Assembly: GCA_038496445.1 (NCBI GenBank)
Contig: JALMLS010000480.1
Coordinates: forward strand, 62,001-126,000
Origin: Trichosphaerium sp. ATCC 40318
Lineage: Eukaryota > Protista > Tubulinea
Direction: 5' to 3'
DNA length: 64,000 nucleotides
The translations under genes were made by a program, and so were the position numbers. Position 1 is the stretch's first letter, and the number at the start of each line of letters is the position of its first letter. The notes under the pieces are model-generated. The model was given only the letters and a program-made list of their open reading frames with translations. It ran no database searches and was not told where the DNA came from. Shown here piece by piece: positions 1 to 11,689 of the stretch.

Positions 1-601
1 GTCATATGTAACTGGCCTTCATTACTATGATACCACCTCTTGTACTCTCCGTGATACTGACCATGCTGATAATACACCTCAGCCTGTAGGACATTTTTTT
101 GTTAGTTTTTTTTAATTGTTTTTTTGGGGCATAGTTTTTTCCGAATTTTCCGAAAACAAAAATTCGAAAAAATAGAATTCGTAGAAAGATGCATAGCTAG
201 GGCAGTCCACTTAACTAGAAAGCGCCTGGTTCACTTACGGTCGGGTCCTCGCTGTGCTCGGAACTAGAACCCGACCTTCGCTCACATATAGTGATCCATT
301 GGTGGGTATAGGCATTCGGTTTTTGTATCGAATTCTATTTTTTCGAATTTTTTCTTTCGAAAAATTCGGAAAAAACGTGGGTCCGGTTTTTTTTGCCTTT
401 TACCTCGTATCCTCCTTGTTCGAGTCTAAATTGCCACGTTCCGTGTCGTTCTAGCTTATCATCGAACCTTGTCGTCATTGCTGTGTATTTCGATAGCAAA
501 GGCCATATTTTATACAAATCAGGGTCTAAATCGATGATATCTAGATGTATCTCCACCGGTAGGTGTAATATATTGTTGTTAGTTAATTTTGAATCATTCA
601 T
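1..601 (-). CDS. F-box-like + MORN_2/YwqK-type repeat protein, runs off window start; intron 84-403
   Basis: Exon 1 MNDSKLTNNNILHLPVEIHLDII...HGTWQFRLEQGGYE, GT..AG intron, then AEVYYQHGQYHGEYKRWYHSNEGQL (MORN-like); N-terminus matches the genes at 23462 and 51779. Confidence 0.8.
134..376. mobile_element. MITE-like element with ~48-bp terminal inverted repeats inside an intron
   Basis: gttttttccgaattttccgaaaacaaaaattcgaaaaaatagaattcg (134-181) is nearly the reverse complement of 329-376; GC-rich core with hairpin ggtcgggt..acccgacc. Confidence 0.65.
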
Positions 602-630
602 ACGTTTAATACTTGTGTAACCCTAGTTTA

Positions 631-737
631 CTTTACTTTACTTTTATTCCGGTCAAGATTCTTATTGACGGTTTTTACAAATAAATTTACAGCTATTTGT
701 TTCCCCATCATCGTCCACTTGTCGCCAGGGCCCCTAT
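631..737 (-). mobile_element. 107-bp insertion with 9-bp TSD (5'-truncated retroposon-like)
   Basis: cctagttta at 622-630 and 738-746; single empty site in the paralogous region at 9424-9432; (agtaa)n tail on the minus strand. Confidence 0.7.
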
Positions 738-743
738 CCTAGT

Positions 744-1080
744 TTAATACTTGTCATCAAAAGCTAAGTGTGAAGAGGAGACGTTAAGCAAGAAATGTAG
801 CCTTCCATTTAAACCTTTCTGCTTGTGTACTGTCTTTGCGTACGTAGGAGAGCCAAGTTCGCCTATTTGTACGCGTTTTTCAGGAGCGTTGTGAGAGAGG
901 CATTTGGATCGCATCGTCGTTAGGATGATGTTATTTAGGATAGATGATACGTAGCAATTCAATAACTTAACCTGAAAAGCAGAGGCGTATCTTTAGTGAC
1001 CAGATGATCCCTAGAGAGTACTGACAATCTCACTACTAAAACACTGAAAAAAAAATTCAAAAATAAATCACGTGATTAGT
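744..1080 (-). mobile_element. Non-LTR retrotransposon ORF2 linker relic
   Basis: VQIGELGSPTYAKTVHKQKGL resembles LKRIQLVELGSSTHVKLIQRRKRL at ~21870-22050 in the RT element; inverted copy at 9092-9430. Confidence 0.55.
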
Positions 1081-1329
1081 TAACCAAAAAAAAAAGTTGG
1101 TTTATTTCAATATTTTTTTTATTACAAAGGGGGGAGTGGGAAAGTGTAAGGTGTATAAATTACCATAACCCAAGGATATCCGACTTTTAAAAATCTTTTT
1201 CTTTACATAAAGATATTAAACAAGAAGCGATTTACAAAAAAAGGGCCAAAGTGTTGTTAAAAATCGCTTAATCGTTGATCCAAAAAACCATCATATGACT
1301 CAGTTATGTTTTTGCTAGATGAAAAAAAA

Positions 1330-3647
1330 AATTAGACGTCTACTTATCGATAATGGGGGATGAGGTGGAGGGTGTTAGAAGATTAAAAAAACTTGGTTCC
1401 CTTTTTTTTTTTTTTTTCAGAATCTATGGCTACATACGTTGTATTGGAACTTTGGAATGCCAGAAGGCTGACCTGGCACTAGGAGTATACTTTTTAATTT
1501 CAAAAAAAATAAAAAAAGGTACAGAGAAAAGATAAATAGATGATCTAGATAAGATGCAAAAAAAAAAGTTCAACACAAAAAAAAAGTACGTACCACCGCC
1601 ATGTGGTGCATTATAACCATCTCCTGGTAAACCAAGAGATCCAGGAAATCCTGGAGGTTTCAACATACCAGTAGGTGGGGCAGGTAGGTGACCTATAAAA
1701 GAAGTTAGAGGGGAAATAATGTACTCGAGTACAAAATTCACTGAAAAATACGGAAAACTCCGTGAAGGTTTTTTGCGTTTCAAAGTGCGCTATGGACGTA
1801 CCAAGATGTCCATGTGGTGCTCCATATCCTGCAGGGCTTGAGAAAGTAGGTCCAGGCATCATACCAGGTGCTAGAAAGGTGTTACAATTGTTACGTCTTT
1901 ACGAATAAAGGCGTTTGATAATATTAAAAAAAAACGTACGATGAAATCCGTGAGGGATACCAGGTTGATTTGGATGAGGTGCTCCATGTACTTGGTGACC
2001 AATATTAGCATGACCGCCAAGAGACCCTGGTGAATCTATTAGTACACGTTAGACATAAAAACGTGGTTTTAATGATCTTCAAGTACGTAGGCATACGCGC
2101 ATCGCGATCAAAAAAAAAAAAAAATAGACACAAAAAGAGAAGTTCCCAAAAAAACATCAAAAAAAAGAAGCAACTGTTGATGATTCAACAAAGGGTGACT
2201 GCATGCCTTCAGTTCCAGGTAGTTGTTCTACAAAATAAAAACATCAGCGCGCGGGGATAGGAGCGAAGACGGTGAGGGGACTTTTTGTGCTTTGCCGACC
2301 GGAGAATTCCAAAAAGTCGACTCGTGTTTTTTAGGGTTTTTAAAAATCACGTACGAAACTTTGGGGACGTACGTGATGGTAGACCGCCTCCGCGTGTTGC
2401 CATGCCACCAGGCGGTGGTAAATGACTAGCTACATGAGCGTGGTTATGGCCATACGCCATCGCGTTGTGTTGTTGTAAGAGTTGCTGTGGAGCGGCTGGT
2501 GGTTGTGCTGGTGGGTTATGATTATGAGCAGGAGCAGGATCAGGCTCATTAAGACAGTTCTAGAAGACACACAGTTAAGAAGGAAGAGAGTCTAATTCCA
2601 GACGGAGAGAAGGCGGAGGTTCAAAAAAATAAACAACGTTTTTGTTTTTTCCAAAAGTGTAGTTCCTTGTGCAGTAAAGTAGGTCTAATTACTCGACGAA
2701 AAAAGAAATGGAAATAAAAAAAAAAGGAAAAAAAAAGAATTTCGTATTTTTCCTTTCGAAAAGGGAAATTCACGAATTGATCAAAAAGAGAGAGATAGAT
2801 GGAGGTGAGTCTTCGATGAGAAAGATCAAGTAATTTGTTGTTTTGGTTTGTTTTGCCCTTTTGGTTTTTTAAACCACGTACTTGGATGAGTGTTTTGCCT
2901 TCTGTAGTTGTTACGAGAGGTTGTAGCTTTGGTGTAGCAAAGGTGTATACGTGTCCGCCTTCTGAGCAAATCAGAAGTAAGGCTTGAGACCCTGTGAGGG
3001 TAGTCAACTCGTAAACCTAAAAAGAACGTGAGTATGAAGCAATATTACCTTTTATAGAGGCGCTCACACGCCTCAATGTGCTTTTCGGGTTTAATCGGGA
3101 GCAAACAATGTAATTTAGAAATAAAAAAGAAATAAAGCTCTTGGGTACGTCTGGCGCATTCTAGACACCTTGATTTGTACCCAAGGCGGTTGCTTGGAGA
3201 TGGCCCGTTTTGGCAATAGTTTTCCTTTTTAAGGGCTGACAGGTGCACTACAATGCTCTGTGCTATATCTCCGATAGTTTTTGTAGGTTTTGGCGGGTTT
3301 TAGAAGCGGCAAAGCAGATGTAACGCAATCTTTCCTTTACTGGCAAAACAATGGATAAAAATGCAGAAGGGATGCGCTCCAATGCAAAAAAAGGCCATGC
3401 TACGGGTACTCGATAGTAAAAAGCAGATCGGTACCTTTTTCATTAGTCCTGATTTGCGCTTACTAAAAGTTGTATGACGTTTAGATTTGTTCTGTATGAA
3501 CTGTATGTTGACCTTCCCTCTTCTTCTTGGTACACCTCTCGAGTGTTTGCCGGGGGCTTTCTTTATCGTGCCTGTTTCTTCCTCTTTAAGAGGTGGCTCA
3601 TTAGCAGGAACAGAATTATGAAGCGGTGGTCTGTAGTCGCCGTCCAT
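1330..3647 (-). CDS. SRF-type MADS-box transcription factor, multi-exon; 3' end uncertain
   Basis: RRRGKVNIQFIQNKSKRHTTFSKRKSGLMKK|VYELTTLTGSQALLLICSEGGHVYTFATPKLQP, followed by P/G/H-rich exons. Confidence 0.9.
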
Positions 3648-3791
3648 TTGTTGTTTTATTGTCAACTGCAAAAAAAAAAAAACTCAAAAAATATTTTGCG
3701 TGAAAAAATTGATTGTTTGGAAAACGAGTCAAAGAGAATTTGCCCTTTGATCATCAATTGCCTGCCCCATTTGTTCATCTGTCGTTAAGAA

Positions 3792-4550
3792 ATGGATATT
3801 GACAGTGATGTTGAAAGTTCTTATGACGATATTGCCCAAAATATAGAAACGGTGCTTCAACTTATAGAGGGTGATAGTACAAGTGATGAGCCTGTGTGGT
3901 TATCTGATCTGGAAATACCTAAGCGTACGCGAAAATATTTGCACCTTTTTTTTTTTCAGAAAAGTAGCTTATTTGACGCTACTATGCGTCAATTAGAATA
4001 TGGCTAAATAATTCCGCGCTTTTTTACTTTTTCTTTGTTTTTTTCCTGTTTCGTGTCAAATACACTTTCAAAACGACACACAGTGATCTTACAACGTATT
4101 AGAGGATCTAGAAAAGCTTTCCGACGCAGATAAGGTCGAATTTACAAAGCAGCTCTCAGGTGTCACTGTTAACGCTCTTGGTCTACTAGCGCGTATGAGC
4201 ACAATGTTCGATGATAAAACGCCACTACTAAAGGTACACAACAGGCCACACAAGACAAGAACCAAAACAATGGAAAATGTCTCAAGATCAAATGAGCTTA
4301 TAACCCCTAGGACGTTGAAATTGATTTTACAGAGGCAGTAGGAGAGCGATTTACGCGGATAGGCGTTTGGCAGTTTATATCGCGTATGAATAAACAACTT
4401 AAGCGTAATATGGATGGATTTGTAGCAGGCGTAGAGGTATAAAACAACCACAAAAGTTTTTTTAATTGAAAAGACAAAATAACGGCGTAGTTGTCGCACA
4501 TTTCAAATTTTAAACCGCTGAAGCGTAGTAGAAAGCCGTTGTTGTATTAA
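3792..4550 (+). CDS. Hypothetical protein, multi-exon
   Basis: ATG-initiated acidic exon plus open exons (YNVLEDLEKLSDADKVEF; DVEIDFTEAVGERF) bounded by GT/AG. Confidence 0.5.
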
Positions 4551-4749
4551 CGCACGGTTTCCTGCGCAAATGCGCCAAAATAACGTTTGAAAATCAAAAA
4601 CAAAAAAATTTCCGTTATTTCCGGTAGACATTTGTCGTTCGTTCTTCTTCTGCGATTATTGATCAATTAGAAGTAAAAGAAGCAGAAGAAAAAGATTTTT
4701 TTTTTTTCACTTTAATCCCAATGCACAAACTCCTTATTTTGTTAGAAGT

Positions 4750-5844
4750 AATGGCAGTGTTGTTCAAGCTTTCAACGTATTTTTTATTTGCTTTTTAACG
4801 CGGTTTTGTACAAACTCAATTTTTTCTACTTTTTTTTCCGAGTTGTTTTGGCGTTGGTTGTAGGCGTCCTTTGTTGTATATTGTATGAATGTCTTGGTAC
4901 TAATTGTATTTATAGAAAGAGCAAGAGAGTAGTGAGCGAACGTTTCTTGATACTTACAGAGAGCTCATGGCCGAAGATTTTAAAGAAGATTTAGACAAAG
5001 TACGTTCACACCTCATGTCCGTTCTTTTTTTTTTGCATCTTCGCAGTTTTCTGAAGAAATAACAAAGTCCGTTACATTTTTGTGTAGTAAACAAGCAACA
5101 AAAAAACTCCAAACACCGAACGGCAGCAATACTTTTTGATTTTGATGAAAAATTTTTTTTTTTTTGGCGTTTCAGCAACTTTTTCGTTCATAAACTAGAA
5201 CGTTACTACTTCATCTATGTGCACTCTTTTTTTTAAAATAGCACGTATCAATGTGTCACCACCATGACTATTGTGTTAGCTCTACAGGAAAGAGTCTGAG
5301 CTTTATAATCACGTGATACGTGATATTTCCTCTGTAGTAGCCAATTGACTTGGTGTTCAAATTATTTTTGTTTTAAAAACCTCTCAGTTTGCGTGAAACT
5401 GACGTCCCATGCGTTTTATTTTTACTTTCTTCTAAAAACTAAACGTGTTCAATCACAACTGAACTAAATCACTTTTCGGTTATTTCATCTACTTGCTACA
5501 TTACATCGTAGCGATTTTGTGAAATACGTCTACTCGCGTAACGCATTTATCAATCTCATCTACTCAAGTAGTGATACCTGAAGTTTGGATGTTTCTCAAC
5601 CACGTGGTTGATATTTTTTTCTCTTTTTGTTTTTTTTATCTAGAAAAGATGTTCATTTTATTTAAAAATGTATTACCTAGGTTGCTAAATCAATGGGATC
5701 ATCAGATGAGTTAACACAAGCAGAATTTAATCGACTTGTTGATACAGTACAATCTGGTGCATCTATGTTTTCATCACAAGACCGAATGTTTCTATTCCCA
5801 AAGGGCGAGGATAACGATGAACCAACAGATATGGACACTACATG
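4750..5844 (+). CDS. Rsa3-like (ribosome/snoRNP assembly) domain protein; start uncertain
   Basis: FLDTYRELMAEDFKEDLDK|VAKSMGSSDELTQAEFNRLVDTVQSGASMFS resembles the Rsa3 motif (F..Y....eeF.dDLd.l.....l..alq.G..mF). Confidence 0.5.
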
Positions 5845-6599
5845 AGGCAAAAGGGAAGGAAAAAAAACCCAACAAAACAAAAACAAGAGTCTCTCCCTCC
5901 TTTTGAACTCAATTTTTCTGCTCACTGACGCATTTTTTTTGTCTATTATGTCGTGTGTTAATACCTTGCTATTAACACGCTTTAAAAAAAATAAAACTAC
6001 AACTGTACAGTATTACTTTTTGAAGAAGTCTTTGGACCAGGCAAATTTGTTTCAGCCCTTAAGTCGCACATCATGCGATGAACAACCAGTACTACAAGCT
6101 TAGCTACTTATCCTCAAGAGCAGTCGGACGTTTGCGATTGTTTTGGAACTCAAGGACGTCACTTCTTCTTGTTTAAAGCTCTCACAGCTGTATGTGTTAT
6201 ACTTTTCTATCTTGAGAATGGACGTGCCAAACCGAGCAACAGCGACTGTCTAACACTCATCTTAACGTGTTAATCGCTGTTGTATATAGTGTGGCGTACA
6301 ATATATCAAGTACTTATGCTATAAACGGTTTTCTGCAGCGAAAAGAGCTGACCGCACGTAGTGATTTTTCGGGCTCAAAACTGGGTGCTTTTTTTTTTTT
6401 TGTAGTTATTGTAGAGCCAGCCACGTTTTTCGCGGTATGGCCGAGAATCATGAACATATTCAACATAGTACGGTTTAAATAACACTATTTTTAATTTTAT
6501 AAACGGTTTAACTCAAAACGTGCGTTTTTAACAACACACGTGACCATGAAATAACACAAAAACGTTTTTCACAATTTTTTTTTTTGCTTATTCTGTATT

Positions 6600-8852
6600 T
6601 CGGCGACAAATTCAATGACGGTACACCTACAACAAGAGATAGCTTTGATGAGGCTTCTGTATGGTTAGATACCTTTGCTGCAGGATTGAAGCGTCAGATT
6701 GATGATTTTGTAATTGAAGCAAAGACAAAGCTTGCAAAGGAGAAAATAGAATTGTTGGCAAGACACGAAGCTGAGCGTAATAATTTTGCAAAAAAAAAAA
6801 CCGTTTTCGAAATTTGCTTTTTCTTTGTTTTCACGAAATCATCACGTGCGATCACGATATTTTCTACCTATTTTTAAAATGCGACTATTGGGAAAAGTAT
6901 ATTACGGTCGTTTCTAAGGAGGACTAGTCGAGGAACTGCGTATCCGTCATAAACTAGAAATGACTCAACTAAAAATGGACATGAAAAAGAAAAGAGATAG
7001 AGGCTCCAGCACAAGGGATAAAAGAGCAAGTGATGTATGTCATATGCCAAAACGGTTACATATAATTATTCTATCTAAAAAAATTTATCTTTAAAAGATC
7101 ACGTGCAACGTTAAAGTTTTTTGGTCACTTGTTCCAAAAACTTTACATTTAATTTTCTTTGGTAGGGATCAAGACGCAAAAAAGATTTTGTTAATCTTAA
7201 CGTTGGTGGCCATAAATTTACAACAACAAGACGTACATTAACATCAGCCGAAGGATCTATGCTACAAAGTATGTTTAGTGCAAGGTATTATAAAACGACA
7301 AATGAATCTATTTGAAGTCATTAGTTTTCTTTCGTATTGCATTTGGTCTTCAAAACAAAACTCACTTGATTCTGTACTCACGTGCTCAAGATTTTGACTG
7401 TATTTTCTACATATATACACAAATACAATTTGAATAATACTTAATTATTTTTTATCAATTAGGTGGACCAGTAGAGACGAGAATGAATATTCTATTGACA
7501 GAAATGGAAAATACTTTGGTGATATTTTAGACTTTCTCAGACACGGTAAAATACTTCCTCCAAAGTACTATAAACAACTTATATGCACTAATATACATCA
7601 TGTACTAAATATTATATATCTTAGAAATGATAGACATAGGATGGCATTGCTTGAAGAAGCAAAATATTATCAACTAAAAAATCTAGTAATACTTTTAGGC
7701 GTACGATTTTTTTTGAAACATAAGCTTTCTTTGTTGACCGCTAGTGGATTTCGTTCTTATTTCATAATAGGGATATCAACAACAGCCTGAGATGGAGTGG
7801 ATATGGGATGTTGATCATTGCTGTGAGATGATAAAAATAGGATACGACGGCAAAAATGTACGAGTGTTGTTTTTTTTTGGTTGTCTTGTTTGGTTGAATT
7901 TCGTACATGTAGTTATGTCGTGGAGCTACACTACAAAGAATATTCTTTTAGTATATATTAAATATGACAATTTTAGGTTACAAGAAACCAAAGTACTCCT
8001 GATGATGCAAAAGGGCGACTAAGATATCCTTGAAGGTTTTTTTTTGTTCTTTCTTCGAAGGTTTTTTTTTGTTTTTTCGTTCCTTGACTGTCCCGTACAT
8101 TCCCAGCTGTTTTTGGAGCTAATCCGGTTATTCTTAACCAAGCTTATGAAATAAAGATAACACGTCAGTATGGGAACGCAAACCAATATGTTATATTTGG
8201 TGTACGTGCACTTTTTTCATTTTTCTTGACAAAATCGTTTTTATCTCATCATTTTCTAATCTTCGAGTCGTCAACTTAAGAAATTCCTCTCGTAGTTCCC
8301 TCTGCTAAACAAAATGTTTACCTTCTCCTTAAACCTTTGATAAAATATTCTTTGAGATATCCACACTATTCGAAACCACGTGATATTTTTGCATGAAAGG
8401 AAAAGACAGAACGAAAATCTTTAAGTTTTCTTTGATGTTACAATCTTTCAAACAAACGTCAAAGTTCATGAATCTTCGTCTAATTTTGGTACAGGTTGAT
8501 AAAGATAATAATGTAACACGTGGAAGATCTGCAGCACAATTAGATCATGTATACCAATTTGAAGGAATTAAGGTGAGGCATCAACAAGGCGAGACCAAAA
8601 AGCGTTTTTCTATTTGAATTTTCAAAAAAAAAGTTTGCTTTGGTTTACTGCTTACTGTTTGATTTTTCCCTTTTGAGAGTATTGTTTGCTGACTAATGAT
8701 ATTAGAGAGGATCTACAATGGTTTTTATCATTAGTCAGGATCATATTACCTTCACTATGGATGAAAAAGTAGTCGCAAAGAAAAAAATAACAACAAAAGA
8801 TGAACTATACCCTGTAGCAATCATCGGCGACTTTTCAGTACAAATAATATAA
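6600..8852 (+). CDS. KCTD-type BTB/POZ protein with N-terminal coiled coil and beta-rich (SPRY-like?) C-terminus; start uncertain
   Basis: VNLNVGGHKFTTTRRTL...MLQSMFS|IDRNGKYFGDILDFLRHG|LLEEAKYYQL. Confidence 0.8.
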
Positions 8853-9091
8853 CCTCACCAACCATATTATCCTAAAAACTACTTTAATCATTAACAAAAC
8901 CTTGCATATGAGCTCTGAAAAAAGATCTTAAATAGAAAGTAAAAAAATAGCCACAAAACCTAGCTCTTTTGTTCCTTTTTTTTCAGAAACAAACTGTCGA
9001 CATTGTCTCTTAAGAAAAAATAAAATACTTTTGGTTGTCATATTTATGTTACAGAAACTGCATTATCCGTCAAACATTTAACAATCCTGAT

Positions 9092-9430
9092 CTAATCACG
9101 TGATTTATTTTTGAATTTTTTTTTGTCAATGTTTTAGTAGTGAGATTGTCAGTACTCTCTAGGGATCATCTGGTCACTGCAGATACCCTGCTTTTCAGGT
9201 TAAGTTATTGAATTGCTACGTATCATCTATCCTAAATAACATCATCCTAACAGCGATGCGATCCAAATGCCTCTTGCTCACAACGCTCCTGAAACACGTA
9301 CAAATAGGCGAACTTGGCTCTCCTAAGTACGCAAAGGCAGTACACAAGCAGAAAGGTTTAAGTGGAAGGCTACATTTCTTGCTTAATGTCTCCTCTTCAC
9401 ACTTAGCTTTTGATGACAAGTATTAAACTA
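9092..9430 (+). repeat. Inverted copy of 738-1080 (LINE linker relic)
   Basis: High-identity reverse complement over ~340 bp. Confidence 0.85.
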
Positions 9431-9453
9431 GGGTTACACAAGTATTAAACGTA

Positions 9454-9760
9454 TGAATGATTCAAAATTAACTAACAACAAAAAATGTCCTACAGGCTGA
9501 GGTGTATTATCAGCATGGTCAGTATCATGGAGAGTACAAGAGGTGGTATTATAATAATGAAGACCAGTTACGTATGACATGTATGTACATCAATGGTAAA
9601 CAAGAAGGAGAGTATAAGGAGTGGCATGTAAATGGTGTGTTACGTAAGAAATACAATTGTATTGATGGTAAACGAGAAGGAGAGTATAAAAAGTGGTACT
9701 TTTTTGGTCAATTAAGAACGATGCGCGTGTAAAAGGTGAATTTAATAAATGGGGTGTTCT
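9454..9760 (+). pseudogene. Deleted, frameshifted copy of the F-box/MORN gene at 1-601
   Basis: Same ATG context MNDSKLTNN fused directly to the intron 3' end (aaaaatgtcctacag), giving an early TGA; MORN repeats follow. Confidence 0.8.
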
Positions 9761-10224
9761 TTACGTGCTACAGAGCGCAGAGCGTTTGATTCAGGACGAG
9801 TGGAGCTTTAGTTTTTGGTTTTTGTTTTTTTTTTTTTCCATAAAAATCGTACAAGTGAGGATCAGTTGGAGGATAGATAAACGCATCATGAAACTTGACA
9901 ATATTCGTATGTGTGAATTTACTCTGTAAATTAGCTTCAGCCATCTTCGCTGTCAAATCTTTTAAAGAGGTAAGTTAGCAATAGTAGACAAAGCACGTGT
10001 AGCTCCAAAAGGGCTTATTTCAATGAAATTTTCAAAAAACTTTGGTTCCTCAAACAAATAGGAACTGGTGAAGCGTTACCTTCAACGTCGGTTCCTGTAA
10101 TACGTTTTACAGCCACAGGAGAACCATCTGATTTATTTTTGCCTTCATACACTCTACCAAACTCGCCTGAACCCAAAAGTCGCGTCAAAGTATAGTTTTC
10201 AAGGTTCGGTAAGTCGTTCGCCAT
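9760..10224 (-). pseudogene. Ser/Thr protein kinase N-lobe fragment
   Basis: LLGSGEFGRVY...VAVKRI|...HTNIVKFHDAF; no HRD/DFG region seen before the MORN relic. Confidence 0.7.
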
Positions 10225-10764
10225 GTTATATTTCCTACTTGTTTGAACCAATAGCTCACGTAATACTGATGTCTATCTACCTTGTTTATCTAGAAGACAT
10301 ACTGATAAAAATAACCACGTGCGTTGTGCTTGTTTGTTTGTTTGGTTTATTTAATTAAGTTATACTTAATCAAGGCGCACATCGCGTGGGTATTAAATGA
10401 ATATCGGACTCGTTAATTATTACGTGAATGTGAACACCACAAATGCCTCAGCGTAATACTAGGCGCCATTTAAGGCCAATCTATACGCTTTCATTATGAT
10501 TAAGTTATAGGTTTTATTTAAGGATAAAGGTATGCGCCTGTGGCGGTTAAGTTAGATAAGGTTAGGCGCCAACACTTACTAGTGCCATTACTTACAAGTG
10601 CCTTTGTTAAGCGGTATTTTTGTTGTAAAAACACGTGTTTTTGTGATAGCGTACCAGAGCGCCCTTTAAAAAATTGGGTTTTTGCGAAAAAAATCCGTTC
10701 GCGTTACATATAGTACAACACAAGCTCCCCATGGAGCCTGGGACATGCCCCTTTGTAATTAATG

Positions 10765-11391
10765 TTATGTGAACTCATTCACTAAGAAGTCTTCCTCCGT
10801 ATCTCTCATTCTTTCTTTCACTCTTCTTAATTTAATCGAATGGTTTATGCTTCTGTTATGTCGGTATTTCTTATATAATTCGATTTGGTGTATCATGTGT
10901 GCCATTTCTATTGTTTTCTTCCTTAGCTTTTTGTTAGTTGATTTGTCTTCGTCCAGTTCTTTTGTATATTCTGTTGAAAGGCGATATGCTGAGTCGTATG
11001 CTATGTATCCAAAACACGACTTCTTAAGTTGTGGACCTAGTATATCGTTTTCGATGCCTATCACGTTTTCGTTATAAAAACTGGGGTATTTCATGCTATC
11101 TTTGTATGTTAAGTTTTCGTGTTCGTTAGTGTAATCTCTTTTGTTAAATCCCAGAATGGCTAAAAGCCATAATTCTGGAGATATGTTTCTGTTGGGATTC
11201 TTATATCTCATGAACATGTTAGTGTGGTTAAAAATACGTTCATAGATTGGTGTGTTTTCTTCAGTTTGTTTTTCCTCTAGCGGGGTTAGTTTACTTCTGT
11301 TGATGTTTGTTTCTAGGTGTCCTGTGATTGGTATAGCTGTTTGTATACCATCAAGTTTACGTGCGTTGTGCGCTAGAGTTTTCGTTGTCAA
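10765..11391 (-). CDS. Intronless 208-aa ORF of unknown function, possibly a retroelement C-terminal fragment
   Basis: Long open frame with no ATG start or introns; no diagnostic motif recognised. Confidence 0.3.
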   Translation of the reverse strand: MTTKTLAHNARKLDGIQTAIPITGHLETNINRSKLTPLEEKQTEENTPIYERIFNHTNMFMRYKNPNRNISPELWLLAILGFNKRDYTNEHENLTYKDSMKYPSFYNENVIGIENDILGPQLKKSCFGYIAYDSAYRLSTEYTKELDEDKSTNKKLRKKTIEMAHMIHQIELYKKYRHNRSINHSIKLRRVKERMRDTEEDFLVNEFT

Positions 11392-11689
11392 ATAAAGTCA
11401 AGCGCACTAAAAAAACGGAAATCGATAAAAAGTGTTATTTAGGAATAGCCACAAATCTAAGTTTTGAAACTGTGCTATAGCCTAAATTGATCGAGTAAAC
11501 TGTTCCGGGCTTAAGCAATTGGCAGGACGAGAGAGATAAATACAGGAAGACGAACTGCCTTCTCTGACTTCTAAAAATTAAGTACAATCTATTATCAAAG
11601 GAATACGTATTTATAATTATGCATGATGAGGCCTTTGTGGAGGTCTTTGTTGATTTGTTTAGGACCAAAGTAATACTGATAAAGCTCAT

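Noticed and set aside
5990-6470. Possible small minus-strand spliced gene
   Set aside because: Could not build a consistent frame or recognise a motif
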